A stretch of 60,000 nucleotides of DNA, from assembly GCA_038087875.1 (NCBI GenBank), contig CM075993.1, positions 622,001-682,000 of the forward strand, read 5' to 3'. Origin of the DNA: Malacoraja senta. Taxonomy: Eukaryota. A program made the translations under genes and the position numbers. Numbering within the stretch: the first letter of the stretch is position 1; every line of letters starts with the position of its first letter. The notes below the pieces were generated by a model. That model searched no databases and was not told the origin of the DNA. It saw only the letters and a program-made list of their open reading frames with translations. This document shows, one piece after another, positions 1 through 12,775 of the stretch.

Positions 1-1319
1 ACTGGGGATTTGAAATATTGATTGGAAAGTGAATATTGATCTGGAGCTTGAGATTATTCTGGCATTTTACGGCTAGCTGTCCCAGCGACGCTAGAGAGCA
101 GTGTTGCAGAGTCAGGTGGTGGCGCACATTGCCTGCACTGAGGCCGAGTAATGCAGGTACTTGCAATGCTGCAGCCAGGTCTTCCTCTACATCAGTATGA
201 ATGCTTCAATGAATATGATCAGTCCAATGAACATCAGAAAAAAACAGATACTGAAAGTCTGGTTAATCTAACAGCAGGTCAGGCATTATCCATGGAAAGG
301 AAAACAGTCTTACAGTGTTTTACAGTGAAGACCCTTCATCATAATAGAAGAAGTGAGAAAACAAGTCTGTTCTGAGGTACAGAGATAATGGGAGGGGGAT
401 GGATATGGTGAAGGGGCGGATATGGTGAAGAGACGATCTCGGATAAGGCCAGTGGATATCTCTGATAGGGGAGGCCAGGGTTGCTGAGGTGGTTCCAGTG
501 TTCAGATGTTTAAAAGAATAGCGAATGCAGAGAGAGAGAGAGAGAGAGAGATGTTGAATGCAGTGCAGGGGTTTAGGTTCAAGCTCATTATTGTCACCTG
601 TACCAAGTACAGTTGTTCTGCACGCTATCCAAACAGATCAGACATAAGTACAGGCACATTGGATAGAGCAAAGTGGAAGATACAGAGTGAAGATATACTT
701 CTCTGCCCAATATCGTTAGATTTCTTAACATCAGCCCAGGGTTCTTTCTGCTGTCAGCGTTGCGATTACAAAATATTTAGTGTGATTAGGACAGCGTCAT
801 GGAGTCGTACCCCGAGGCTTTGCTCCATCTGGCATCAGCTCCACCCAAGGAGTGTGTCCTGGCCTCCTCCCCCTCCCCCAAACTACACCCAGATGCTGCA
901 CACAGATCTCTCCCTCTCCATGGCTGCTTAAAGTTACTTATACAGAGACAGAAACTCGTCTGCTTTTAGGCAGAGGTCGGGGGCACTGAGCCGTGGGTCA
1001 GGGGATGTTTCTGCATTGTGTTGCCATGTGGAATGGAAGACCAGAAACTCCAGGTTTATCTGGAATGGTGTGTGGTTCCTTGCTCTGTCCATCTGGTTCT
1101 GATCATTCCTTGTCAAAAACCCGTTTAAAATAGAAAACAAACAAAAACAAATGAGAAAACAGTCCTGTCCAGATGCCAAATTCATCCGAGATTTCCATTG
1201 AATCTGAGAATGGGTTCCACTTTAGTGGGAGACTTTGGGCAGAGTGTGAGAAGGTTCAGTTGTGCTGACATGGTGTACTGTTTGTGTACTGTGTCGCTGT
1301 GTGGTTGTGTTACTGTGTG

Positions 1320-2260
1320 TGTGTGACTGTGTCACTGTGTGGGTGTGGCCCTGTGTGACTGTGTCACTGTGGGTGTGGCCCTGTGTGAGTGTGTCACTGT
1401 GTGGGTGTGGCCCTGTGTGACTGTGTCACTGTGGGTGTGGCCCTGTGTGACTGTGTCACTGTGTGGGTGTGGCCCTGTGTGACTGTGTCACTGTGGGTGT
1501 GGCCCTGTGTGACTGTGTCACTGTGGGTCTGGCCCTGTGTGACTGTGTCACTGTGGGTGTGGCCCCGTGTGACTGTGTCAATGTGGGTGTGGCCCTGTGT
1601 CACTGTGGGTGTGGCCCTGTGTGACTGTGTCACTGTGGGTCTGGCCCTGTGTGACTGTGTCACTGTGGGTGTGGCCCTGTGTGACTGTGTCACTGTGGGT
1701 GTGGCCCTGTGTGACTGTGTCACTGTGGGTCTGGCCCTGTGTGACTGTGTCACTGTGGGTGTGGCCCTGTGTGACTGTCAATGTGGGTGTGGCCCTGTGT
1801 CACTGTGGGTGTGGCCCTGTGTGAGTGTGTCACTGTGTGGGTGTGGCCCTGTGTCACTGTGGGTGTGGCCCTGTGTGACTGTCAATGTGGGTGTGGCCCT
1901 GTGTGACTGTGTCACTGTGGGTCTGGCCCTGTGTGACTGTGTCACTGTGGGTGTGGCCCTGTGTGACTGTGTCACTGTGGGTCTGGCCCTGTGTGAGTGT
2001 GTCACTGTGGGTGTGGCCCTGTGTGAGTGTGTCACTGTGTGGGTGTGGCCCTGTGTGACTGTGTCACTGTGGGTGTGGCCCTGTGGGTGTGGCCCTGTGT
2101 GAGTGTGTCACTGTGGGTGTGGCCCTGTGCGAGTGTGTCACTGTGGTGTGGCCCTGTGTGAGTGTCACTGTGGGTGTGGCCCTGTGTGAGTGTGCCACTG
2201 TGTCATTGTGCCACTGTGAGTTTGTTTACTGAGTGGGTGTGGCCCTGTGCGAGTGTGTCA
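1320..2260. repeat. 30-bp TG-rich minisatellite
   Basis: Unit ctgtgggtgtggccctgtgtgactgtgtca with variants; grades into a ~24-bp gtgtgccagt-type repeat to ~2706. Confidence 0.9.
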
Positions 2261-2908
2261 CTGTGCCACTGTGAGTGTGTTGTCACACGGGTGTGTGAGT
2301 GTGTTGCTATGTACTGTGTGTGTGTCTTACTGTGTAGTGTGAGCGTGTCACTGGTGTGTGAGTGTGTTACTGTATAAGTGTGCCAGTGTGAGTGTGTTAC
2401 TGTGTACAGTGAGTGAGTTACCGTCAGTTACTTTGCCAGTGTGCCAGTGTATTTGTGTGTCAGTGTGCTAGTGTGTCAGTGTATTCGTGTGCCAGTGTGT
2501 TAGTGTGCCAGTGTGGCAGTGTATTCGTGTGTCAGTGTGCCAGTGTATTCGTGTGTCAGTGTGCCAGTGTATTTGTGTGTCAGTGTGCCAGTGTGTCAGT
2601 GTGCCAGTGTGTTAGTGTGCCAGAGTGCCAGTGTATTCATGTGTCAGTGTGCCAGTGTGTCAGTGTGCCAGAGTGCCAGTGTATTTGTGTGTCAGTGTGC
2701 CAGTGTCCTCATGGTGCTATTGCAGTACTGCCTCCCTTTAAGTTCAGCAGTGAGCTGCCCACTTGCCCCTTGTGTCCGTTCATTTTGTGTTCCCATTGTG
2801 CTTTGGTTTGGTTTATTTTCTTTACATTTTTCCCTTTGTTTTATTTTGTGTTTGTTCTGTGTGTCACATTGTGTGCCGTCCACCCCACCATCCCTGCCTG
2901 TCCCCAAG

Positions 2909-3125
2909 ATGTTCCCATCCCTACTGTTCCCCCCACCCCACTGACCAGTGCCACTGCTGACCATCTAGTGACGGCCACTGCTGGACTGCTGCCCTCTGCC
3001 CCCCGCGATGTGGTGGCGCTGCTGGTCTCCACCCGCTTCATCAAGCTCACGTGGCGACCTCCTGCTGAACCCAACGCCGAGATCCTCGCCTACACCGTCT
3101 ACTACGCCAGGGACGGCGCCAACAG
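2909..3125 (+). CDS. NEO1: Neogenin exon: Ig4-FN1 linker and start of FNIII-1 (alternative short acceptor at 2969)
   Basis: ccccaag|AT...AACAG|gtgag; encodes (D)[51 protein letters not shown]...DGAN(R), matching neogenin [22 protein letters not shown]; second in-frame AG at 2967-2968. Confidence 0.93.
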
Positions 3126-6100
3126 GTGAGAGCTCGACACCGACGGGCATCGACCAGCCTGTCCATGTCCATGCAACAGTGCCAGCTTCTCCATGCACCG
3201 TAACAGCGCCCATCCCCCTGTGGTTACTCCTCCATATAACCATATAACCATATAACAATTACAGCACGGAAACAGGCCATCTCGACCCTTCTAGTCCGTG
3301 CCGAACACGTATTCTCCCCTAGTCCCATATACCTGCGCTCAGACCATAACCCTCCATTCCTTTCCCGTCCATATAACTATCCAATTTATTTTTAAATGAT
3401 AAAAACGATCCTGCCTCCACCACCTTCACTGGAAGCTCATTCCACACAGCCACCACTCTCTGAGTAAAGAAGTTCCCCCTCATGTTACCCCTAAACTTCT
3501 GTCCCTTAATTCTCAAGTCATGTCCCCTTGTTTGAATCTTCCCTACTCTCAGTGGGAAAAGCTTATCCACGTCAACTCTGTCTATCCCTCTCATCATTTT
3601 AAAGACCTCTATCAAGTCCCCCCTTAACCTTCTGCGTTCCAAAGAATAAAGCCCTAACTTGTTCAACCTTTCTCTGTAACTTAGTTGCTGAAACCCAGGC
3701 AACATTCTAGTAAATCTCCTCTGTACTCTCTCTATTTTGTTGACATCCTTCCTATAATTAGGCGACCAAAATTGTACACCATACTCCAGAATTGGCCTCA
3801 CCAATGCCTTGTACAATTTTAACATTACATCCCAACTTCTATACTCAATGCTCTGATTTATAAAAGCCAGCACACCAAAAGCTTTCTTTACCACCCTATC
3901 TACATGAGATTCCACTTTCAGGGAACTGTGCACAGTTATTCCAAGATCCCTCTGTTCACCTGCATTCTTCAATTCCCTACCATTTACCATGTACGTCCTA
4001 TTTTGATTTGTCCTGCCAAGATGTAGCACCTCACACTTATCAGCATTAAACTCCATCTGCCATCTTTCAGCCCACTCTTCCAACCGGCATAAATCTCTCT
4101 GTAGACTTTGAAAATCTACTTCATTATCCACAGCCCCACCTATCTTAGTATCATCTGCATACTTACTAATCCAATTTACCACACCATCATCCAGATCATT
4201 GATGTACATGACAAACAACAGTGGACCCAACACAGATCCCTGTGGCACCCCACTAGTCACTGGCCTCCAACCTGACAAACAACCATCCACCATTACTCTC
4301 TGGCATCTCCCATTCAGCCACTGTTGAATCCATCTTGCTACTCCACCATTAATACCCAACCATTGAACCTTCTTAACGAACCTTTCGTGAGGAACCTTGT
4401 CAAAGGCCTTACTGAAGTCCATATATACAACATCCACGGCTTTACCCTCATCAATTTCCCGAGTAACCTCTTCAAAAAATTCAAGAAGATTAGTCAAACA
4501 TGACCTTCCAGGCACAAATCCATGTTGACTGTTCCTAATCAGCCCCTGTTTATCCAGATGCTTATATATATTATCTCTAAGTATCCTTTCCATTAATTTG
4601 CCCACCACTGACGTCAAACTAACAGGTCTATAATTGCTAGGTTTACTCTTAGAACCCTTTTTAAACAATGGAACAACATGCGCAGTACGCCAATCCTCCG
4701 GCACTATTCCCGTTTCTAATGACATTTGAAATATTTCTGTCATAGACCCTGCTATTTCTACACTAACTTCCCTCAATGTCCCAGGGAATATCCTGTCAGG
4801 ACCTGAAGACTTATCCGTTTTCATATTTTTCAAAAGTGTCCACACTTCCTCTTCTTTAAATCTCATAGTTTCCATTGCTACTCTGCTCGTTTCCCTTACC
4901 TCACATAATTCCATATCCTTCTCCTTGGTGAATACCGAAGAAAAGAAATTGTTCAATATCTCCCCCATCTCTTTTGGCTCTGCAGATAGCTGTCTTTTAG
5001 CTTTTCTAATTTATTTCTTAATATTCTTTTTACATTCTTTATACTCCTCAAGCACCTCATTTACTCCATGCTGCCTATAATTATTGTAGATATCTCTCTT
5101 TTTCCGAACTAAGTGTCCAATTTCCCTTGAAAACCATGGCTCTTTCCAATTTTTACTATTTCCTTTCAACCGAACAGGGACATAAAGATTCTGTACTCTT
5201 AAAATTTCACCTTTAAATGTCCTCCATTTCTCTTCCACATCTTTCCCATAAAACAAACTGTCCCAATTTACTCCTTTTAAATCCTTTTGCATCTCCTCAA
5301 AGTTAGCCTTTCTCCAATCAAAAATCTCAACCCTAGGTCCAGTTCTGACCCTCTCCATAATGATATTGAAACTAATGGTATTGTGATCACTGGTCCCGAA
5401 CTGTTCCCCAACGCATACCTCTGCCACCTGACCCGTCTCATTTCCTAACAGGAGGTCCAGCACCGCCCCTTCTCTAGTAGGTACTTCTATGTATTGCTGC
5501 AAAAACCTATCCTGCACACATTTTACAAACTCCAACCCATCCAGCCCATTTACAGAATGTGTTTCCCAGTCTATGTGTGGAAAATTGAAATCTCCCACAA
5601 TCACTACCTTGTGCTTACTACTAATATCTGCAATCTCCTTACATATTTGCTCCTCCAATTCTCGCTCCCCATTTGGCGGTCTATAATACACCCCTATGAG
5701 TGTTGCTACCCCTTTCCCATTTCTCAGTTCCACCCAAATAGCCTCCCTAGAAGAGCCCTCTAATCTATCCTGCCAAAGCACTGCTGTAATATCTTCCCTG
5801 ATAAGCAATGCAACACCTCCACCTCTTGCCCCTCCAATTCTATCACACCTGAAGCAACGAAATCCTGGAATATTTAGTTTCCAATCACAGCCCTCCTGCA
5901 ACCATGTTTCACTGATCGCCACAACATCATACTTCCAGGTGTCAATCCAGGCTTTAAGTTCATCCACCTTTCTTACAATGCTCCTAGCATTAAAATATAC
6001 ACATTTAAGAAACCCACCCTCTCTTATTCTCTGTTTATTGTCTTTTTCTTCTCTCTCCCCTACATTTTGGGTCAGAGTGCTTCCATTCTCTGCCTCCTGC

Positions 6101-6381
6101 CTCACACACTGACTGCTAGCTTTCCCAATTTGAGTCCCCCCCCCCAACCATACTAGTTTAAAGTCTCCCCAGTAGCCTTTGCAAATCTACCCGCCAGGAT
6201 ATTGGTTCCCCTCGAGTTCAAGTGCAACCCATCCTTTCTGTACAGGTCGCACCTTCCCCAAAAGAGGTCCCAATGATCCAGAAACTTGAATCCATACCCA
6301 TTGCACCAGTCCCTCATCCACTCATTTATCCTCCACCTCGCTCCATTCCTACTCTCACTGTCGCGTGGCACAGGCAGTAAT

Positions 6382-6507
6382 AATAATAATAATAACTAAT
6401 AATAACTTTATTTATAAAGCACTTTAAACAACCACAGTTGCCACAAAGTGCTGTACATGAGAAATCACGAACAAAAAGCTATTACAAACAATTAAAAACC
6501 ATTTAAA
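6382..6507 (-). mobile_element. 5'-truncated LINE 3' end (L2-like) nested in CR1 ORF1
   Basis: Interrupts ...ISGL|LPVPRD...; flanked by a TAAT duplication (6378-6381 and 6508-6511); ends AAGTGCTTTATAAATAAAG(TTA)n, resembling the L2 tail at ~38655-38720. Confidence 0.7.
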
Positions 6508-7348
6508 TAATCCTGAGATTGTTACCTTTGCAGTCCTTCTCCTTAACTCTCTACCTAACTCCCTAAATTCTTCTTTCAGGACCTCTTCTCTTTTTTTACC
6601 TATGTCGTTGGTACCTATATGTACCACAACCTCAGGCTCCTCTCCCTCCCATTTCAGGATTTCTTCGACACGTTCAGACACATCCCTGACCCTGGCACCA
6701 GGGAGGCAAACTACCATCCGGGTCACCTGTCTGCGTCAACAGAAACGCCTATCCGACCCCCTGACTATAGAGTCCCCTATTACAATTGCCCTCCTCTTCT
6801 TTTCCTTACCCTTCTGAGCAACAGGACCGGTCTTTGTGCCAGAGGCCCGGCCGCTGTCGCTGCCCCCAGGTAGGCCATCTCCACCACCATTACTCAAACA
6901 TGAGTACTTATTTTCAAGGTGTACAACCACTGGGGTACTCACCAGTCCCTGCCTCTGCCCATTGCCCTTCCTAACTGTGACCCAGTTTTCTGTCTCCCGT
7001 GGTCTTGGAGTGACCACCTCCCTGTAACTCCTTTCTATGACCTCCTCGCTCTCCCTGAGCAGACAGAGGTCATCGAGTTGCTGCTCCAGGTTCCTAACAC
7101 GGTCCCTTAGGAGCCCCATCTCGACGCACCTGGCGCAGATGTGGACGTCTGGAGGGCTATCAGACTCCATGACTTCCCACATCTGACATCCAGAACAGTA
7201 AACTGCCCTGGCCCTCATACTCCCCTTACCTAGGATACAAGCCAATCAGCTGCTTTCTCTAGTCCGTTCGACCAATCAGAGGCTTCCCCCATACTCCTTC
7301 TCTGGAACGTTGCAGTTGCAGATGGAACGTTGCAGATTTGGGTTCCAA

Positions 7349-7715
7349 CGGCTCCAGGTAACTCCTCCTCGCTCCAACGGCTCCCCGGGCCTCTGTAGAA
7401 GCAAGCCCCGCGCTGTTTTTCTACTCACAGCTCCAGGTAACCTCCTCCTCGCTCCAACGGCTCCCTGGGCCTCTGTAGAAGCAAGCCCGCGCTGTTTTTC
7501 TACTCACAGCTCCAGGTAACTCCTCCTCGCTCCAACGGCTCCCCGGGCCTCTAGAAGCAAGCCCCGCGCTGTTTTTCTACTCACAGCTCCAGGTAACTCC
7601 TCGCTCCAACGGCTCCCCGGGCCTCTGTAGAAGCAAGCCCCGCACTGTTTTTCTACTCACAGCTCCAGGTAACTCCTCCTCGCTCCAACGGCTCCAGGTA
7701 ACTCCTCCTCGCTCC
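7349..7715. repeat. ~78-bp tandem monomers (about 4.5 copies) forming the CR1 5' UTR
   Basis: Unit ctccaggtaactcctcctcgctccaacggctccccgggcctctgtagaagcaagccccgcgctgtttttctactcacag starts at 7352, 7431, 7510, 7587, 7663. Confidence 0.9.
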
Positions 7716-7931
7716 ATCACCCGTCACTGACGCTCCCATAGTCACAACCCTCCTGGCACCAGATTGAATTGAACTGGAAGATCCAGCAGAGCATGTAACC
7801 ATCGATCGCCCGTTCACATTGATCTCACTCTTGCATCCACTGCCTACACACTGGGGCCAATTAACCTACAAACCTGCACGTCTCTGAGACGTGAGAGTGA
7901 AACCAGAGCATCCAGAGGAAACTCATAGGGA

Positions 7932-8312
7932 AAACATAGAAACATAGACAATAGGTGCAGGAGCAGGCCATTCGGCTCTTCGAACCAGCACCACCATTTC
8001 AATATGATCATGGCTGATCATCCAGAATCAGTACCCCGTTCTGCTCTCTTCCTTATCCCTTGATTCCGTTAGTCCTAAGAGCTCTATCTAACTCTCTCTT
8101 GAATACATCCAGTGAATTGGTCTCCTTCTGCGGTAGAGAATTCCACAGATTGACAACTCTTGGTGAAGAAGTTTTTCCTCATCTCAGTCCTAAATGGCCT
8201 GCCCCTTATTATTAAATTGTGACCCCTGGTTCTGGACTCCCCCAACATCGGGAACATTTTTCCAACATCTACCTTGTCCAATCCTCTAAGAATTTTATAT
8301 GTTTCCATAAGA
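7932..8312 (-). mobile_element. CR1 LINE 3' fragment
   Basis: GDLMETYKILRGLDKVDVGKMFPMLGESRTRGHNLIIRGRPFRTEMRKNFF, plus (TATGTTTC)n tail. Confidence 0.85.
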
Positions 8313-9390
8313 TCACCGGGATGTTCTCTCTCATGCCCTGGGCAATACTTAATGGCAGCCAACATTACATGTTCTGGCCTTTACCACAGTGCTGTGATTT
8401 TGCTGTGTATAATCCAGTGTCACTGTGGCTCCAGTGCACACTGGCTACAGCTCAACAGTGATGAGTCTGAAATGGAGCCCGCTGCACAGTGCCATTACCT
8501 GCAGTTTGCCCATCCTATATTCTTCCAAATGTGTATGTAATACTTCTTTATAATTACTCTCCAGCCTGGCTCTCATTTGCTCTGTGTGTGTTCACTACAT
8601 GTGTGAAGAGCAACATCCCCTTTGTCCACTGGTTATCCTGAGCTCATTCACCAGATGCTGGGGTTGATTTTTCATCATTTACCCATTCTATGACAGGAAA
8701 AGATTATTGCCATTGCATGAACTTTTCTCTGTAACTCTTAGCATTTATCCACTGTAATAAGTTCCAAAATATCATGGCAGTGCCCTCTATGGTGCCAACA
8801 CCACCCCAACCATCTATCCTGATATGTTTCACTATGCCCCAAGTGACCCTGGTGCTCCAGCATCCCCCAGTCTCACTCTGTGTCTCTGACCTTCCTTCCT
8901 GCTCCTTATCTGCAGCCCCCCATCACTAGCTGTTTGTCTCTGCACTGCCCTCTCTCTGTGAATCTATTCATCTCCTAGTTTTGTCACCCAAATAGCCATC
9001 TCCTGTGTATTTAAAAACCTTGTAGGGGACTGGTTGTGTTGAGCAAAGCAACTTGTCACTGCCTTACTTCAGATTCACACACCAGATCAAAACTGGGATA
9101 ATGAGTTGTGGAAAATTGGATGTTTATTCTAGCCCATTGTAGCACGGAGATGGACTGTAACCCTCACTGATGGATGCTGTGGTGTCAATTAGCTCCACCC
9201 GGGAGAGGGAGGAGTGGTGAGTGGTTCAGCCAAGGCTCCCATGCCAGAGTAGTGAAAGAGCTAATGGTTGATGAGGCAGCGGCTGTGTACGGACCGGTTA
9301 CAGCCTCAGTGTGACTAGGCAGTGGCTGGCTGTATACGGACCGGTTACAGCTGAGCTGTACTCATCCTCTGCTCTGCTGCATCCCAACAG

Positions 9391-9545
9391 GGAACGTGTG
9401 GAAAACACGAGTCGACCGGGTGATCTGGAAGTAACGATCAGAGACCTGATGCCGGAAGTGAAGTACGTGTTCCGTGTAGTAGCTCACAACAAGCATGGAG
9501 CAGGGGAGAGCTCGGCCCCCTTCAGGGTGGCCACCCAGCCCGAAG
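9391..9545 (+). CDS. NEO1: Neogenin exon, FNIII-1 second half
   Basis: ccaacag|G GAA CGT...GAA G|gtcag; [51 protein letters not shown]; phase fits neighbours. Confidence 0.95.
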
Positions 9546-9897
9546 GTCAGTTTGTGTGTCCCTGCCCTCAGTCTGTACGTTACTGCTCTGCCCTCTCAGC
9601 ATGTCTGACCATGTACATAGCAACTGGCTCTGGATCCCATCCAGACGGCAACCTTTTATTTATTCCAGAGAGGTCACTTTTACTCTCTAATCTGTTCAAG
9701 TTGTTCGATCTGCTGGGGTAGCGGAGCCAGTATGTGTCACCCTCCTCACACTGTTTGATGCTGGGTCAAGATCATCCAATTCCACACGTCTTTGCTCAGA
9801 CAATCTTCTCATGCCCTGCTTTACCCAATCACTATAGATATAAAGCTTCATCTCTACACGTCTCTTGTTACCTGATCATACACCTCCTCACCACTGA

Positions 9898-10578
9898 TCC
9901 CCACCACACACCCCCACACATCCCCACACACACACCCGCACGCCCCCCCCACACACACACACCCCCACACACACACCCCGCACACACCCCCACACACACA
10001 CCACCCCACCCCCCCCACACACCCCCCACACACCCACACCCACACCCCCCCACACACACACACCCCCACACACACCCCACACACACCCCCCACACACACA
10101 CACCCCACACACACACCCACACACACCCCCACACCCCCCTACACACACATCCCCACACACACACCCACACACCCACACCCACACACGCCCACACACACAC
10201 CCCGCACACACCCCCACACACACACCACCCCACACACCCCCACACACCCACACCCACACACACCCCCCGCACACACCCGCACACACCCCCACACACACCC
10301 GCACACCCCCCCCACACACACACACCCCTACACACACACCCCGCACACACCCCCACACACACACCATCCCACCCCCCCCCACACACACACCACCCCCACA
10401 CACACCCCCACACACCCACACACACACACCCGCACACCCCCCCACACACACACACCCCCACACACCCACCCCCACACACACACCCACACACACACACCCC
10501 GCACACACCCCCACACACACACCCCGCACACACCCCCACCCCCACACCACCCCACACCCCCCCCACACACCCCCCACA

Positions 10579-10609
<31 letters not shown>

Positions 10610-10840
10610 CCGCACACCCCCCCCCACACACACACACCCCGCACACACCCCACACACACACCCCCCCACCCCCCCCCACACCCCCCACACACCCACACCC
10701 ACACACCCCCACACACACCCCCACACCCCCCTACACACACCCCCCACACACACCCCCCGCACACACCCGCACACCCCCCTACACACACCCCCCACACACA
10801 CACACACCCGCACATACCCCACACACCCCCCACACACCCT
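9898..10840. repeat. CA/CCC low-complexity repeat
   Basis: Almost entirely C and A. Confidence 0.9.
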
Positions 10841-11910
10841 CCCCGTCTCCTCACATCTTCCTGGTTCCATGCGAGCAGGACATTCCAATTGAAGATATTT
10901 CCTCCACTGGTGAACAGATCTGTGGAGTATCCCTTTGGTAGAAGGTTGTGAGACTCAGTGATCTGGCTCACACTGCCGTCTCTCCATATTCAACGGGAAA
11001 GAAATTGCAACTGCTGCAAATCTGAGCGAAACAAAGAATGCTGGAAACACTCAGCTGGTCGGGCAGCATCTGTGTGAAGAGAAACCGTCAATGTTTCAAG
11101 TCTGGGACAAGTCCTCTGTTTCCATTTCTATGGGGCATGGGAGGGCAGAAGCAGGGGGTACAGGTTTAGGGTGAAGGAGGGTGATGAATATTTGTAGTGA
11201 GCTGTCACGAGCTGGTGGAGGCAGATACAATCACAATGTTTAGGAGACGTTTGGGTAGGTACTTGAATAGGAAAGACGTAGGAGTTTATGGGCCTCTACA
11301 ATGTGGGCTAGTGCGATTAGTATCAACAGGCATGGAGGTGGGGAAAGGGCGTTTTGTGCTGCTGTATGATTGTACGATTGCCTGACCCCAGTTTTCCAGC
11401 ATTCACCGCTTTTATTTCTCCTCTGCCGTCACGTTGGCCTCTTGCTTGAGATGCTTTGAATGTGTGGCAGGCTGTCTGAGTTCTGCCCTCACTCTGTCTG
11501 CTGCAGCTGCCAGCCCGTGGTGAGGAAAGGGTTAGTTGCTGTTGGAGCAGCAGCCTGTACCGAGGCATTCTGTGTGATCACTTGAGTATAGCAGCAGAGG
11601 CTGAGTGCCAGCAAGCAGCATAGCGTTGCCAGCTGTATATCACACAGATTAGGATCAGGGCCACATTGTCGGCTGTCTCCTTGGTTGAACACACCCTCGC
11701 AGTTTCCCTGCAGGATTGAGGACCCCATTCAAAGTGGACACGCACTGTTTGCACTCAGTCTGAAGAGAGAGATTGAGTTCTCCATCTCAGGGTTACCTTC
11801 AGGGTGATTGTGATCCAATCCTGAACTGAGAGACTGCGACACAGTTCGCTAAAGACCTGTGGGTGAAGGGTGAACCTTCTGAATGTAAATTACCTGATTA
11901 TGGGAAATGT

Positions 11911-12057
11911 GTGTAGGAAAGAACTGCAGATGCTGGTTTAAATCGAAGGTAGACACAAAATGCTGGAGTAACTCAGCGGTACAGGCAGCCCATTCCTTCT
12001 CTCCAGAGATGCTGCCTGTCCCGCTGAGCTACTCCTGCATTTTGTGTCTACCTTCGA
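11911..12057. mobile_element. Penelope-derived fold-back terminal repeat fragment
   Basis: tcgaaggtagacacaaaatgctggagtaactcagcgg...ccgctgagctactcctgcattttgtgtctaccttcga inverted repeat. Confidence 0.7.
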
Positions 12058-12775
12058 TGATGGGAAATGATCTGTGTCTGAAGCAGTACTAGGCTCCTGG
12101 CTGTTACCAGCTCTTGGGAATTTTAATTTGTCAGGTAATCTTTTCAAAATGTTTTAAACTATTTTTTGGAGATTCTGCGATGTTTTTGCTGTACTTGTAC
12201 ATTATTGGAGTTGTCTGTGTGTGGCTACTGGGTTGTCAGCACTTTGGGCACATGGGGGCACCTGACTAAAGGTTTCCAGCTCATCCAATCCATTGGGCAA
12301 CGCTCCTCGTTCACCCACTTGGACATAGAACATGGAACAGGACAAAGGATCAGGCCCTTCAGTTCAGGATATCCGTGCCGGACGCGATGCAAGATAAACT
12401 AATCTCCTCTGTCTGCACGTGACCTATATCCCACTATTCCCAGCATATCCTCAAGCCTCTTAAACGCCACTATCATATCCAGCCCTGGCAGTATCTTCCA
12501 GGCACCCACCAATCTCTGTGTAAGAAAGATCTTGCCCTGCACATATCAAAATCTTGCCCTGCACATATCATTTCCACTTTCCCCCTCTCACCTTAAAGTT
12601 ATTCCACAGGTGTTTGACATTGCTATCATGGGAAAAAACTCTAACTATCCATCCTATTTATACCGTATAATTTCATATGCTTCTCGCAAATCTCCCCTCT
12701 GCCTGTTACTCCCCACTGTGATAGGACAAGATGCCAGCGACTGTTTCCTTTTGTCGGGTTGGTGGTGTGTTTGGA

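Larger units (their letters stand above)
3232..7715 (-). mobile_element. Near-full-length CR1 (HER1-like) LINE, copy 1, in a NEO1 intron
   Basis: ORF1 ~7245-6153: Cys zinc-finger/zipper plus SGNH esterase (GDS...HIGTND...DGLH), with a stop at 6736 and a nested insert. ORF2: APE endonuclease 6147-5011 and RT 4968-3319 (QGSVLGP, YADD). 3' tail (TTATATGG)3 at 3232-3256; tandem 5'UTR monomers. Confidence 0.95.

Noticed and set aside
1389..2900. Cys/Val-rich ORFs of up to 238 aa
   Set aside because: Translations of TG-rich minisatellites; only the final part (from 2909) is a real NEO1 exon
3226..3235. CTCCAT as a possible TSD of CR1 copy 1 (also at ~7712-7717)
   Set aside because: Overlaps both the tail repeat and the 5' monomer, so it cannot be distinguished from microhomology
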